Source: Myxococcota bacterium (GTDB lineage: Bacteria > Myxococcota_A > Bradymonadia > UBA7976 > UBA1532). From it: a DNA stretch of 44,651 nucleotides. The notes beneath the pieces were generated by a model. The model was not told where the DNA came from and made no database searches. It saw only the letters and a list, made by a program, of their open reading frames with translations. Position 1 is the stretch's first letter; every line of letters begins with the position of its first letter. This document shows positions 18,938 to 27,931 of the stretch, one piece after another. The stretch is taken from assembly GCA_036337435.1 (NCBI GenBank), contig JAYZEG010000038.1, forward strand, positions 1 through 44,651, given 5' to 3'. The position numbers and the translations under genes were made by a program.

Positions 18938-21829
18938 TTATAGAGTGCCTTTTTCCAGCAGTTTGATGACTTCTAGCTTCTCGTCGAAGTCGCTGACGCG
19001 GAGCGCATCTATGAGGCGTTTGGTGGCGCTGATCTGCCTTAGATAAGTGACAGCCAACGCACCTCGGCTGTCATCACTGATGTCGCTGAAAAAGTCGATA
19101 CCTTGCCGATAGACCAGCTCGCTGGCCAAAACAGAGGCGATCACCCGATTGAAATAGTCTCGGGGCAACGCGTCGATAGCATCACGTCCTGCGGCTTGTC
19201 TTAGGCTTTTTGGCAGATGGTTTTCAAAGAGTGCATCGACCAATGTTGTGTCCTCCGCACTCAGCTCGTCTATACGTGCGATGACGGCGTCTTTCATCTG
19301 ATTAATCGCCTCACTCAGTCGGACACTGATTTTGGAAAGCGGAATATGAGGGCGTCGCTGGTGCTGACTAAACAGAATCGCTGCCTCTTTTGCAGCGAGT
19401 GTTCTCAGTCGTTGGAGTACCTCAGCCACAAAATCTGTTTTGATGGCCAAGAATGTTGCTTCGTCGATGAGTAGGCTTGCTGCAATTTCAAAGCTCGAAC
19501 AAATCACCCCACATTTATTGGCTGAGCTGTCTTTGACAAATAAGACCTGTGCATGTCTCGATAGGGCATCTCTTGCGTCTTCTGTGAAGAAGAGGTTCGC
19601 ACCCTCCACGACGATAGACGCACTGCCCTGGCCCTCTGAGTTCAAAAAATGCGTCCAATTATCCCCGTTGATGGCCGCAGGTCGACCGCCGCATGGAATG
19701 AATGCATCCGATAAAACGCGATTATGGAGCGTATTCCGTGCTTCCAGGCCGCCGGGGTCATCGAGGGCCAGAACGCGGCCATGCTGACTCAATCGTGTTG
19801 CCTCAAATTCAGTGATACCCGCTCCAGCGTCTACCAGTCTGAGTAACTCCTGTAGATCGAGCCCGTTCGGGTCTTCGGCAGACCCTGTTCCATCGGCGAT
19901 GGCAACAATACGTGGGTTGGCGCCAAATTCACGGATCATAATCCTGATTGCATTGCCCGCCACATCGCCATCGGGCCCACCCGTCATTTTGACTGTGAAT
20001 GGTGTTGTCCTTGGATCGATGCCTCGTGCCTTGAGTGCGGCCTCGAGAAAGACCACGACACCTTCGCTTGTGACCCCGTATTCTTTATGGTTAATACCGG
20101 CGCCAGGCTTCGAACTCATGAACGCATTGGGGCATGGGTGTCCCCGTCGAGATGCCCGTTGGACCAGCCATGTAATCAGCTCATCGGTGATGTTCTCATC
20201 TGGACCCAAGTAGATGAGGTTGCTCGGTTCATCTAAATCCAAGAGGTTCAAATCGAGGAGCGTATCGCCCAGAGCCTTGACCACCCGTTCAGTACTGGCC
20301 TCTGGCGTGGCTAAAATAACGCCTTTGGCACCGCCTTCTGGGATATCTTTGTTTTTGAGCTGCTGAGCGAAAGCGAGACCCCAAGCCTCTTGATAGAGGC
20401 GGTTTGTTTCATTGACATAGGCGAGACGGCCTCGCGGTCTCACAACTCTCAGACCGCCGCGTGCTATATCTCTGAATCGCACGTGCAGTCCGTGGAACAT
20501 ACAGCCGAAAAAATACAACACCCCAAAGGGATGGCATCGGTCATCTGACTCTTCGCCATGGAGGTAGCCCGGGTCTAGAACCATACCTAATGCGTAGCGC
20601 TGCTGGAGGTGGATGTTGGTTTTCTTGACGGCCAGTGCGCCCAGACACAGGGTCTCGAGTACTTTACGTCCACTGGCATCGCCTTCTGCACCTGCTGCCA
20701 ATGCCATGATGTCATTGACTTGGTTTTGGTATTGGTCTTCATCGATGATGCTCTGGGCAAAGCGCGCCACGAAGCTCTCCGCTAAGTGCTGCATCGATTC
20801 AATATTACTAAACACAAGGTCTTCGACTCGGTCACGACTGTAGCGATAGGGATTCTGAGGACCCAAACGCTGATGGACCAAATCGGAGAGGGCCAACAAA
20901 ACTTCGCATTGAGTGAGTGTGAGGTTCGGATGGTGTCCCCGATTGGCGCGGCTTAGGACACGGCGATCGAGCCAGGCTAATCTCTCCAGGTCACGTCTGA
21001 CCTCTTGCCAGTCGGACCGCTGGGGTTTGATCGCATCCCCCTCCGGATCGACACACACCAAAGAGACCATTGAGACTTTTGGCCCCTCGCTTGGACCCAT
21101 CGCCTCTAAATAAGCCCGCCGAACGTCGATACCGCGGGTGGACAGGTAGCGCGCAGTCCGGCGAAATAGCGATGTTGGGTCAGCGTTGGCTGCGGCGATG
21201 ATGAATCTCGAAAGTCCAGGGGCTGTCGATACTTGTTCGACATGGCTGATGACGTCTTCGCTGCCTGCAACCTGTGTGTACAGTGCCATATGTTTATAGA
21301 ATCGTTTTGCACTCACTGACAGGATGTAGCCCGCACGGCATCGCTGCACATGTTGTTGAACCTCATCGGCTGTCAACTGGCCCGCATACTCGGTTCGCCG
21401 ACCGGCCAATCTCTCGAACGCAGCTTTCTGGGTGTCGTCCTTCGGATTAAAGGCCTCGGTTTTTTTGAAAGAGAAGACGTCAACGATCAGTTGACCGTCT
21501 GAGGCCGTATAGATTCGGGCCGAATTAAGTGCTCGGTCTCTGGGCAGCTGATCGACTAAATGCGCCAATAAACCAGGCCTGTCATGGGCATTGATGAAGG
21601 TCCATAAGTCGTCATCATCCGCCTTGAGTGTCAAGGCCAGCGGTTGTCCCGACGACCGCGCGGCAATGATTGCGCTCAGATGGTCTTCGACCGTCTTGGA
21701 ATTTAAATCACGAAAGTAGGACGCCGGCATTTGCTCAGCGAACCATGGGGCGACTTCCGCGGTCGTGGACGCCAATCGTTTGGTTATCGCGTCTACTAGA
21801 CGTGGACCGTCAGCTCGTCTCTCAGTCAT
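18938..21829 (-). CDS. Large NAD-specific glutamate dehydrogenase (GDH2-like, about 960 aa)
   Basis: HVRFRDIARGGLR, QQLKNKDIPEGGAKGV, YLGPDEN, GINHKEYGVTSEGV, TGGPDGDVAGN, IVVEGANLF, KDSSANKCGVICSSFE. ACT-like N-terminus (DRPGLL). Confidence 0.92.
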   Translation of the reverse strand: MTERRADGPRLVDAITKRLASTTAEVAPWFAEQMPASYFRDLNSKTVEDHLSAIIAARSSGQPLALTLKADDDDLWTFINAHDRPGLLAHLVDQLPRDRALNSARIYTASDGQLIVDVFSFKKTEAFNPKDDTQKAAFERLAGRRTEYAGQLTADEVQQHVQRCRAGYILSVSAKRFYKHMALYTQVAGSEDVISHVEQVSTAPGLSRFIIAAANADPTSLFRRTARYLSTRGIDVRRAYLEAMGPSEGPKVSMVSLVCVDPEGDAIKPQRSDWQEVRRDLERLAWLDRRVLSRANRGHHPNLTLTQCEVLLALSDLVHQRLGPQNPYRYSRDRVEDLVFSNIESMQHLAESFVARFAQSIIDEDQYQNQVNDIMALAAGAEGDASGRKVLETLCLGALAVKKTNIHLQQRYALGMVLDPGYLHGEESDDRCHPFGVLYFFGCMFHGLHVRFRDIARGGLRVVRPRGRLAYVNETNRLYQEAWGLAFAQQLKNKDIPEGGAKGVILATPEASTERVVKALGDTLLDLNLLDLDEPSNLIYLGPDENITDELITWLVQRASRRGHPCPNAFMSSKPGAGINHKEYGVTSEGVVVFLEAALKARGIDPRTTPFTVKMTGGPDGDVAGNAIRIMIREFGANPRIVAIADGTGSAEDPNGLDLQELLRLVDAGAGITEFEATRLSQHGRVLALDDPGGLEARNTLHNRVLSDAFIPCGGRPAAINGDNWTHFLNSEGQGSASIVVEGANLFFTEDARDALSRHAQVLFVKDSSANKCGVICSSFEIAASLLIDEATFLAIKTDFVAEVLQRLRTLAAKEAAILFSQHQRRPHIPLSKISVRLSEAINQMKDAVIARIDELSAEDTTLVDALFENHLPKSLRQAAGRDAIDALPRDYFNRVIASVLASELVYRQGIDFFSDISDDSRGALAVTYLRQISATKRLIDALRVSDFDEKLEVIKLLEKGTL

Positions 21830-21952
21830 CTTCAGGCGCCTCCCAGGACTTCATGCCCTGGCATACCCGCCTTGGGCGAAGAGATCCAGAGTGAGTTGAT
21901 TCATTTTGCAGGTTCGAGGCTTTAATCGACTGTTTTTCCCAACCTCATGACC

Positions 21953-22954
21953 TCAATTGAGTACGACAAGTGGGTTATCTAGCTGGGTCGTTGTGGATTC
22001 ACAGGGCGGGGTATAGTGGAGGAGTCTGCATCGATTACAATGTGTTCTAAACGGACCTTTTACGTAGTTTTTTTCAAGTTTACTCAGGGGGTCTCGACCG
22101 AGATGAAATCGGTGGCCGACATCCGCCGGAAAGTAAGGGCAATAGCGGTATTTCAGGATCGAACGGCCGCGTTCGCCACCTGCATAGGACAACCGAAGCT
22201 CGATGGGCTCTCTTCTGTAGACACACAGGCTTACGTCCCCGCTTTCGACCACTGGCTTCATCCAATCAATACTACTGTGCGGTCGTGCTTTGTGGGTCCA
22301 GCCGGCGTCCGCCAGAAGCCCGTCTAAATCTTGTAGTCTCTCATGAACCCGTTCGGTGGACCTTTGCATGGTGTCTACAACCTGGCCATCACCCTGATCA
22401 TTCATTAATTTAAGACTGACCTCACAGCTCTCATTGGGGGTTATGTATTGGCGGAATCGGGCAATTTCGTCCGCAAACAATTTGTGATTCACAATGAATT
22501 TGAAACGTTTCCTGACTGGCATTTGAGCGGCACGGCGAACGTTGTCTATGTACACATCGAAGGGAAAGCCTTGGGTGAGTTTATGCCAGCGTTCTGGCTC
22601 GAAATAGATGGGCGTATGATTGAGAACAACCTGCTCAGGGAATTTGAAGCGGGCAATCTTGTCCATGACACGGCGACTAAATTGATACGAGGTAAAGACG
22701 TGGATGGTTTGTGTGTGTTTCGCAATCTCGGACAGGAGAGGTTCGATATCTGGTGACAACAGGGGCTCGCCGCCAGAAATAAACACCTCTTTAGGTTGAT
22801 ACTTCTCGATAATTTCGAGATACGTTTGGTGGAATGAATCTCGTACGCCATGATTCGACAAACGCTCGAAAATCGGGTTTTTTCGATGTGTTGAGCACCA
22901 CTCGCACTTGGCTCTGCACGGATGAATCACCTGGATGCGGATGAACTTGAACAT
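21953..22954 (-). CDS. Radical SAM protein, function unknown
   Basis: CRAKCEWC (CxxxCxxC) near the N-terminus, SGGEPLL motif, extra C-terminal Cys (C...C...CNRC). GAGGT precedes the ATG. Confidence 0.88.
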   Translation of the reverse strand: MFKFIRIQVIHPCRAKCEWCSTHRKNPIFERLSNHGVRDSFHQTYLEIIEKYQPKEVFISGGEPLLSPDIEPLLSEIAKHTQTIHVFTSYQFSRRVMDKIARFKFPEQVVLNHTPIYFEPERWHKLTQGFPFDVYIDNVRRAAQMPVRKRFKFIVNHKLFADEIARFRQYITPNESCEVSLKLMNDQGDGQVVDTMQRSTERVHERLQDLDGLLADAGWTHKARPHSSIDWMKPVVESGDVSLCVYRREPIELRLSYAGGERGRSILKYRYCPYFPADVGHRFHLGRDPLSKLEKNYVKGPFRTHCNRCRLLHYTPPCESTTTQLDNPLVVLN

Positions 22955-23378
22955 CGGTCATACCTCTTATCGATGGTGTTCATAGTAGCACAGCAAAGGG
23001 CAGAGATTGTACCCAGCAGACTGGAACTCGGCCTCATCTCTCCGCGTCCATTTACTCTGTCCATCCGCGTGTTTTGCAGGCCTCTTGTGGGGGTCGTAAT
23101 GAGAGCAAAAATGACTCTATTGCGCGTCTAGATTTGTTCTGAGGGCGACTCTACTGAGCGAACAACCGCTGGTCTTTTGCCGACGAGATTGACACGTGAA
23201 GGCCAAGATTCGGCGCAATTTTAGGGGTCGGAAGACCTGTTTCTACTGCGCGCCGTAATCAGTGGAATCGGCCCTATTCAAGGCGAGCTCAATGGGCCTT
23301 GATTTCAGTCCAATTGGCTTGCAGTTCAATGTTGAAAACGGTAGACCCAAGGCAGATTAGAGAACCGCGGGGGTACGC

Positions 23379-24362
23379 ATGAAACTAGCAACACGAAAGA
23401 ACGGAACCAGAGACGGTGAATTACTGGTCATTTCACAGGACAATACACGCGCTGTTCTGGCGGCGCGGATTGCACCAACAATGCAAGCAGCCTTGGATAA
23501 TTGGACCGCTCTCGCCCCGCAGCTGAGTGGGCTCTATGACGCGCTTAATGCGGGTCAAGCCGAGGGTGCCTTTGATGTCGATGTTGAACACCTTCACAGC
23601 CCGTTTCCTCGAGCATACGGTTGGGTCGACGGCAGTGCGTACATCAATCACATTGTTCTTGTGCGAAAAGCACGAGGGGCTGAGCCGCCGGAGACACTGC
23701 GAACAGACCCACTCGTCTATCAGGGGGGCAGCGATACCTTCTTGGGTCCGCGCGACGATATTCCCTTGGCCAATACAGCCTGGGGGTGCGACTTTGAGTC
23801 CGAGATTGCAGTCGTGATGGATGACACCCCTCAAGGTGTAAAAGCCGAGGACGCTGGCCAATACGTTCGATTGGTGATGCTCTGTAATGATGTCTCCCTA
23901 CGAAGTTTAATTCCGGGCGAGCTGGCTAAAGGTTTTGGTTTTTTCACCTCAAAGCCATCCTCCGCGTTCAGCCCATTTGCCATCACACCCGACGAGCTCG
24001 GCGATGCTTGGCAGGAAGGTCGGCTTCATCTGCCCCTCATCACTCATTTGAATGGCGCCAAATACGGCGATCCAGACGCAGGTCCAGAGATGCACTTCAG
24101 CTTTTACGAGATCATTGAACATGTCTGTAAAACTCGTAGTTTGGGGGCCGGCACCATCATCGGCAGTGGGACCATCAGCAATGAGGATCGAAGTCGCGGC
24201 TCTTCATGTCTCGCCGAGAAGAGAATGATCGAGAAGATCGATACAGGTGAGTTCAAGACTCCGTTTATGAATTATGGGGATCGCGTCACAATCGAAATGT
24301 TTAATGCCAAGGGTGAGAGTCTGTTCGGCCAAATTGACCAAACGGTCGTGCCCAAAGCATAA
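23379..24362 (+). CDS. fahA: Fumarylacetoacetate hydrolase
   Basis: MKLATRKNGTRDGEL, DGSAYINH, YQGGSD, DFESE, NDVSLR, GFGFFTSKP, GTIIGSGT. Adjacent to maiA and hppD. Confidence 0.9.
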   Translation: MKLATRKNGTRDGELLVISQDNTRAVLAARIAPTMQAALDNWTALAPQLSGLYDALNAGQAEGAFDVDVEHLHSPFPRAYGWVDGSAYINHIVLVRKARGAEPPETLRTDPLVYQGGSDTFLGPRDDIPLANTAWGCDFESEIAVVMDDTPQGVKAEDAGQYVRLVMLCNDVSLRSLIPGELAKGFGFFTSKPSSAFSPFAITPDELGDAWQEGRLHLPLITHLNGAKYGDPDAGPEMHFSFYEIIEHVCKTRSLGAGTIIGSGTISNEDRSRGSSCLAEKRMIEKIDTGEFKTPFMNYGDRVTIEMFNAKGESLFGQIDQTVVPKA

Positions 24363-24374
24363 GGATTAGAGCAG

Positions 24375-25019
24375 ATGTCCCTCATCCTTCGCAGCTATTG
24401 GCGTTCCTCATGTTCGTGGCGTGTCCGTATCGCTCTCAACATGAAGGGGCTTGAGTATCAAACGGTCCCTGTGCATTTGGTCGCTGATGGTGGCCATCAA
24501 CATACCCAAGCACATAGAGCACTCAATCCGATGCGGGAGCTGCCCGTCTTGATTGTCAATGGACAACCCATCGCTCAGAGTGTTGCCATACTCGAATACT
24601 TGGAAGAATCGCATCCCGAGCCGTCTTTGCTGCCAAAAAAGACACTTGAACGCGCGCTTGTAAGACAGATGGTGGAAGTCATCAACAGCGGTATTCAACC
24701 CATCCAAAACCTCCGAGTGATGCAACGACTGGGTCGTGAGTTTGGCCTGGACAAATCTGCTCAGCAATCATGGTCCCGCGGTTGGATTGAGTTCGGCTTC
24801 GAGGCACTTCACAATCTCGTCGAGCGCCACGGTGCGACCTACAGCTTTGGAGACCAGGTCACGCTCGCTGACTTGGCATTGATTCCTCAACTCTATAATG
24901 CGCGTCGATTCAATGTGGAACTAGAACGCTTTCCTAGACTGCTCGAAATTGAGTCGGCGTTGATTCAAATTCCAGCATTCATTTCTGCGCACCCAGACCG
25001 CCAGCCGGATGCAGTTTAG
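24375..25019 (+). CDS. maiA: Maleylacetoacetate isomerase (GST zeta)
   Basis: YWRSSCSWRVRIAL, QSVAILEYLEE, IQPIQNLRV, PQLYNARRF, AHPDRQPDA. Confidence 0.95.
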   Translation: MSLILRSYWRSSCSWRVRIALNMKGLEYQTVPVHLVADGGHQHTQAHRALNPMRELPVLIVNGQPIAQSVAILEYLEESHPEPSLLPKKTLERALVRQMVEVINSGIQPIQNLRVMQRLGREFGLDKSAQQSWSRGWIEFGFEALHNLVERHGATYSFGDQVTLADLALIPQLYNARRFNVELERFPRLLEIESALIQIPAFISAHPDRQPDAV

Positions 25020-25480
25020 CGCAGGTCGGGTAGAGCCTCCATCAGCTCGCTTAAATCGTGATTGAGTTGAACAAGACGATCTCTGGACAATGCGGTGTCA
25101 CCTGTCTGTAGGACCTCCATGATCAGTGGAAACAGAACTTGGTAAAGCCTGTCCCCATCGGCCGTTAAGTGCAAGTGGCTGAGCCGTCCATCGGACTGAG
25201 ACGCAACGCGCTCAACTAGACCTTTATCTAGCATCGAACGGGTTGCTCGACTCACGATTCCTTTGTCCATCGGTGTCATCGTGACCACGTCAACCGCAGT
25301 ACGTCCCGGTTGTTCTGCAATGGCCGCGAGGACACGCCATTGAGACAAATTGAGACCGTGTTTCTTTACGATGGCACTCGTTCGTCTTGCAATGCGGTCG
25401 GCTAAAACCGTCACTTGATAGGGCCAAAACTGATCTAATTTCAGGACGTTCGGCTCTTTTGATGTACTTTTCTTTTCCAT
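25016..25480 (-). CDS. MarR family transcriptional regulator
   Basis: LNLSQWRVL, MDKGIVSRA (wHTH), DGR...LTADG wing. Divergent from hppD. Its stop overlaps the maiA stop. Confidence 0.92.
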   Translation of the reverse strand: MEKKSTSKEPNVLKLDQFWPYQVTVLADRIARRTSAIVKKHGLNLSQWRVLAAIAEQPGRTAVDVVTMTPMDKGIVSRATRSMLDKGLVERVASQSDGRLSHLHLTADGDRLYQVLFPLIMEVLQTGDTALSRDRLVQLNHDLSELMEALPDLR

Positions 25481-25491
25481 GGTGCAATATT

Positions 25492-25521
25492 GTTGTAATC
25501 ACAACTTGATCTAATCACAAC
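25492..25521. promoter_or_regulatory. Candidate MarR operator in the marR/hppD divergent gap
   Basis: Inverted repeat GTTGT-AATC-ACAAC (25492-25505). TAATCACAAC is directly repeated at 25496 and 25512. Confidence 0.6.
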
Positions 25522-25565
25522 CAAAAACAGACCGTCACAGGTCCAGAGTTGTAGGGGTACACGCC

Positions 25566-26648
25566 ATGCCAGATTTATTCGAGAATCCAATGGGCCTATG
25601 TGGATTTGAATTTGTTGAATTTACGGCACCAGACAAAGGGGTTTTGGAACCTGTCTTCGAAAGCATGGGCTTCACAAAAGTTGCTCAGCATCGAACGAAA
25701 GATGTGCACGTCTGGCGTCAGGGAGATATCAACCTCCTATCCAATTATGAACCCAATACACCTGCTGCTTATTACGCCGCAGAACATGGACCCTCCGCGT
25801 GCGCCATGGGGTTTCGAGTCAAGAATGCGGCTGCAGCTTTTGAACTCGCCATCGAAAAGGGAGCGCAACCAGTCGAGGTTGCGTCGGGATTTAGTGAATT
25901 GCGATTGCCTGCTATCAAGGGCATTGGCGGGGCGATCATTTACTTTATCGACCGTTGGCAAGATGGCCAATCCATTTATGACATCGACTTCAATTATATC
26001 GATGGTGTTGAGAGACGACCCGAAGGCTGTGGCTTCAATGTAATCGATCATTTGACCCACAACGTTTACAAGGGTCGAATGGATTACTGGGCCAAGTACT
26101 ATGAGGACCTATTCAATTTTCGTGAAATTCGATTCTTTGACATTAAGGGCGAATACACCGGTCTTGTCTCCAGAGCTTTAACAGCACCCGATGGCTTGAT
26201 CCGGATCCCGTTGAATGAAGAGAAGTCTGAGAAAGTCGGTCAAATCGAGGAATACCTTCGTGAATATAAGGGCGAAGGCATTCAGCATATCGCATTCTCC
26301 TGTGATGACCTCATTGGGTGCTGGGACCGCCTCAAAGCCGCCGGCGTTTCATTTATGTCACCGCCACCCGAAACCTATTACGATATGCTTGGCGAGCGAT
26401 TACCTGGTCACGGCGAACCAACGAATGAACTCAAGGCGCGAGGGATCCTCTTGGATGGGTCAACCAGTGATGGTGATCCACGTCTACTCCTTCAGATTTT
26501 CTCGGAGAAAGCCATTGGTCCCATCTTCTTCGAATTCATTCAGCGAAAAGCGGATGAAGGATTCGGTGAGGGCAATTTCGAAGCACTTTTCAAGTCCATC
26601 GAGCGCGACCAAATGAAACGAGGCGTACTGAGTGAAAGCGCGAACTGA
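25566..26648 (+). CDS. hppD: 4-hydroxyphenylpyruvate dioxygenase
   Basis: [66 protein letters not shown]. Confidence 0.97.
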   Translation: MPDLFENPMGLCGFEFVEFTAPDKGVLEPVFESMGFTKVAQHRTKDVHVWRQGDINLLSNYEPNTPAAYYAAEHGPSACAMGFRVKNAAAAFELAIEKGAQPVEVASGFSELRLPAIKGIGGAIIYFIDRWQDGQSIYDIDFNYIDGVERRPEGCGFNVIDHLTHNVYKGRMDYWAKYYEDLFNFREIRFFDIKGEYTGLVSRALTAPDGLIRIPLNEEKSEKVGQIEEYLREYKGEGIQHIAFSCDDLIGCWDRLKAAGVSFMSPPPETYYDMLGERLPGHGEPTNELKARGILLDGSTSDGDPRLLLQIFSEKAIGPIFFEFIQRKADEGFGEGNFEALFKSIERDQMKRGVLSESAN

Positions 26649-26660
26649 AGGGAGGACGTG

Positions 26661-27194
26661 ATGTCCGTCGACCTAAAAAGAATTCACCATGTTGCTTATC
26701 GTTGTAAGGACGCGAAAGAAACCGTTGAGTTCTATCAGCGTGTCTTGAATATGGATTTCGTACTGGCCATCGCCGAAGACGAAGTGCCATCGACTAAAGA
26801 ACCAGATCCGTATATGCACGTCTTCATGGATGCGGGCATGGGCAACGTTTTGGCTTTTTTTGAACTGCCTAATTCGCCCGAGATGGGTCGTGATGAACAG
26901 ACACCAATTTGGGTGCAGCACATTGCATTCGAGGTCGAGAGTATGTCGGCTTTAGAATCTGCCAAGGTTCATATTGAAGCTCAGGGTCTCGAGGTTCTAG
27001 GCCCTGTGAACCATGGTATTTTTAAATCGATTTATTTCTTCGATCCCAATGGTCACCGAATCGAATTAGCGACGAACACGGGTACGCCGGAGCAAATGCG
27101 TAAGTTGCACGCCGTAGCCCCTGCGATGATCGAAGAATGGAGTCAGACCAAGCGGGCACCCAAGCACGCTGCTTGGCTACATGAATCGGTTTAA
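26661..27194 (+). CDS. VOC (glyoxalase/extradiol dioxygenase superfamily) protein
   Basis: IHHVAYRC, YMHVF, LAFFE, VQHIAF, NHG-IFKSIYFFDPNGHRIEL. GGAGG 5 nt before ATG 26661; 12 nt after hppD. Confidence 0.9.
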   Translation: MSVDLKRIHHVAYRCKDAKETVEFYQRVLNMDFVLAIAEDEVPSTKEPDPYMHVFMDAGMGNVLAFFELPNSPEMGRDEQTPIWVQHIAFEVESMSALESAKVHIEAQGLEVLGPVNHGIFKSIYFFDPNGHRIELATNTGTPEQMRKLHAVAPAMIEEWSQTKRAPKHAAWLHESV

Positions 27195-27244
27195 AAAAAC
27201 GGGGTCGGCCGTCATGCTCTCGCTTTAGTTCCGCGTGACCTCAG

Positions 27245-27805
27245 TCACGCGTTGACCGCACTCTCGGCCCTATCGGTGGATGCGCAGACTTGAAGAAGGC
27301 CGAGTTCACGCATGATTTGTGCGCACCATTTATCGATTCTTGAATCGGTGAGCTCTGGCTCGTTATCCTCGTCGATCGCCAGTCCACAAAAAGCCTCTCC
27401 GTAAACAGCCAGGGAGCCATAGTACTCGTAGTCTGCTGTCGGCCAGAAACCACAATCTCCATGGGCCCCTTGCTCTAAGAACTTGCGATAGACAATGCCC
27501 ATTGCGTCTAGGAATGTTTCCGGATAACCAACCTGGTCGCCGAGCCCGAACATGACAACACGGGTTCCGGTGAAGTCGTACTTGTGGAGGTCGTCGTAGA
27601 ATTCAGCCCAATCATAAGGCAAATCACCCGCATCCCAGGTCGCAATGCCAAGTAATAAGACATCATACCCGAGCATCTCGTCTATGGTCCGGTCTTCTAT
27701 ATTTTTGCAGGTCGTGACCAGTTTTGGGCCAAGCTTATTGTGAATCTTGTCCGCGATATCTTTTGTAAAGCCAGTATTCGTGGCGTAAAAAATTCCAATC
27801 TTCAT
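27245..27805 (-). CDS. fldA: Long-chain flavodoxin
   Basis: IGIFYATNTGFT FMN-phosphate loop, LGIATWDAG, FGLGDQVGYPETF, FCGLAIDEDNEPELTDSRI. Confidence 0.92.
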   Translation of the reverse strand: MKIGIFYATNTGFTKDIADKIHNKLGPKLVTTCKNIEDRTIDEMLGYDVLLLGIATWDAGDLPYDWAEFYDDLHKYDFTGTRVVMFGLGDQVGYPETFLDAMGIVYRKFLEQGAHGDCGFWPTADYEYYGSLAVYGEAFCGLAIDEDNEPELTDSRIDKWCAQIMRELGLLQVCASTDRAESAVNA

Positions 27806-27931
27806 TTCAAAACCTCAACGAAATGAGGCGGTGTGTTCCTTGTCTTTCACCGCGTTCAAATGTCGTAAAACTCGCCAAAAAAACTAGGCCCCCGTACCGC
27901 GCGTTGGTTGGTGCTCGTCCAGGGAGTCTCG

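Noticed and set aside
21953..22954. Radical SAM as the anaerobic sulfatase maturase for the sulfatase at 37.6-39.2 kb
   Set aside because: It lacks the anSME N-terminal signature and the full multi-Cys SPASM domain, and it lies 15 kb away.
22941..23378. Short ORF upstream of the radical SAM gene as a RiPP precursor
   Set aside because: The roughly 45-codon minus-strand ORF overlaps the radical SAM start and has no clear RBS or leader/core pattern. No RRE, peptidase or transporter is adjacent.
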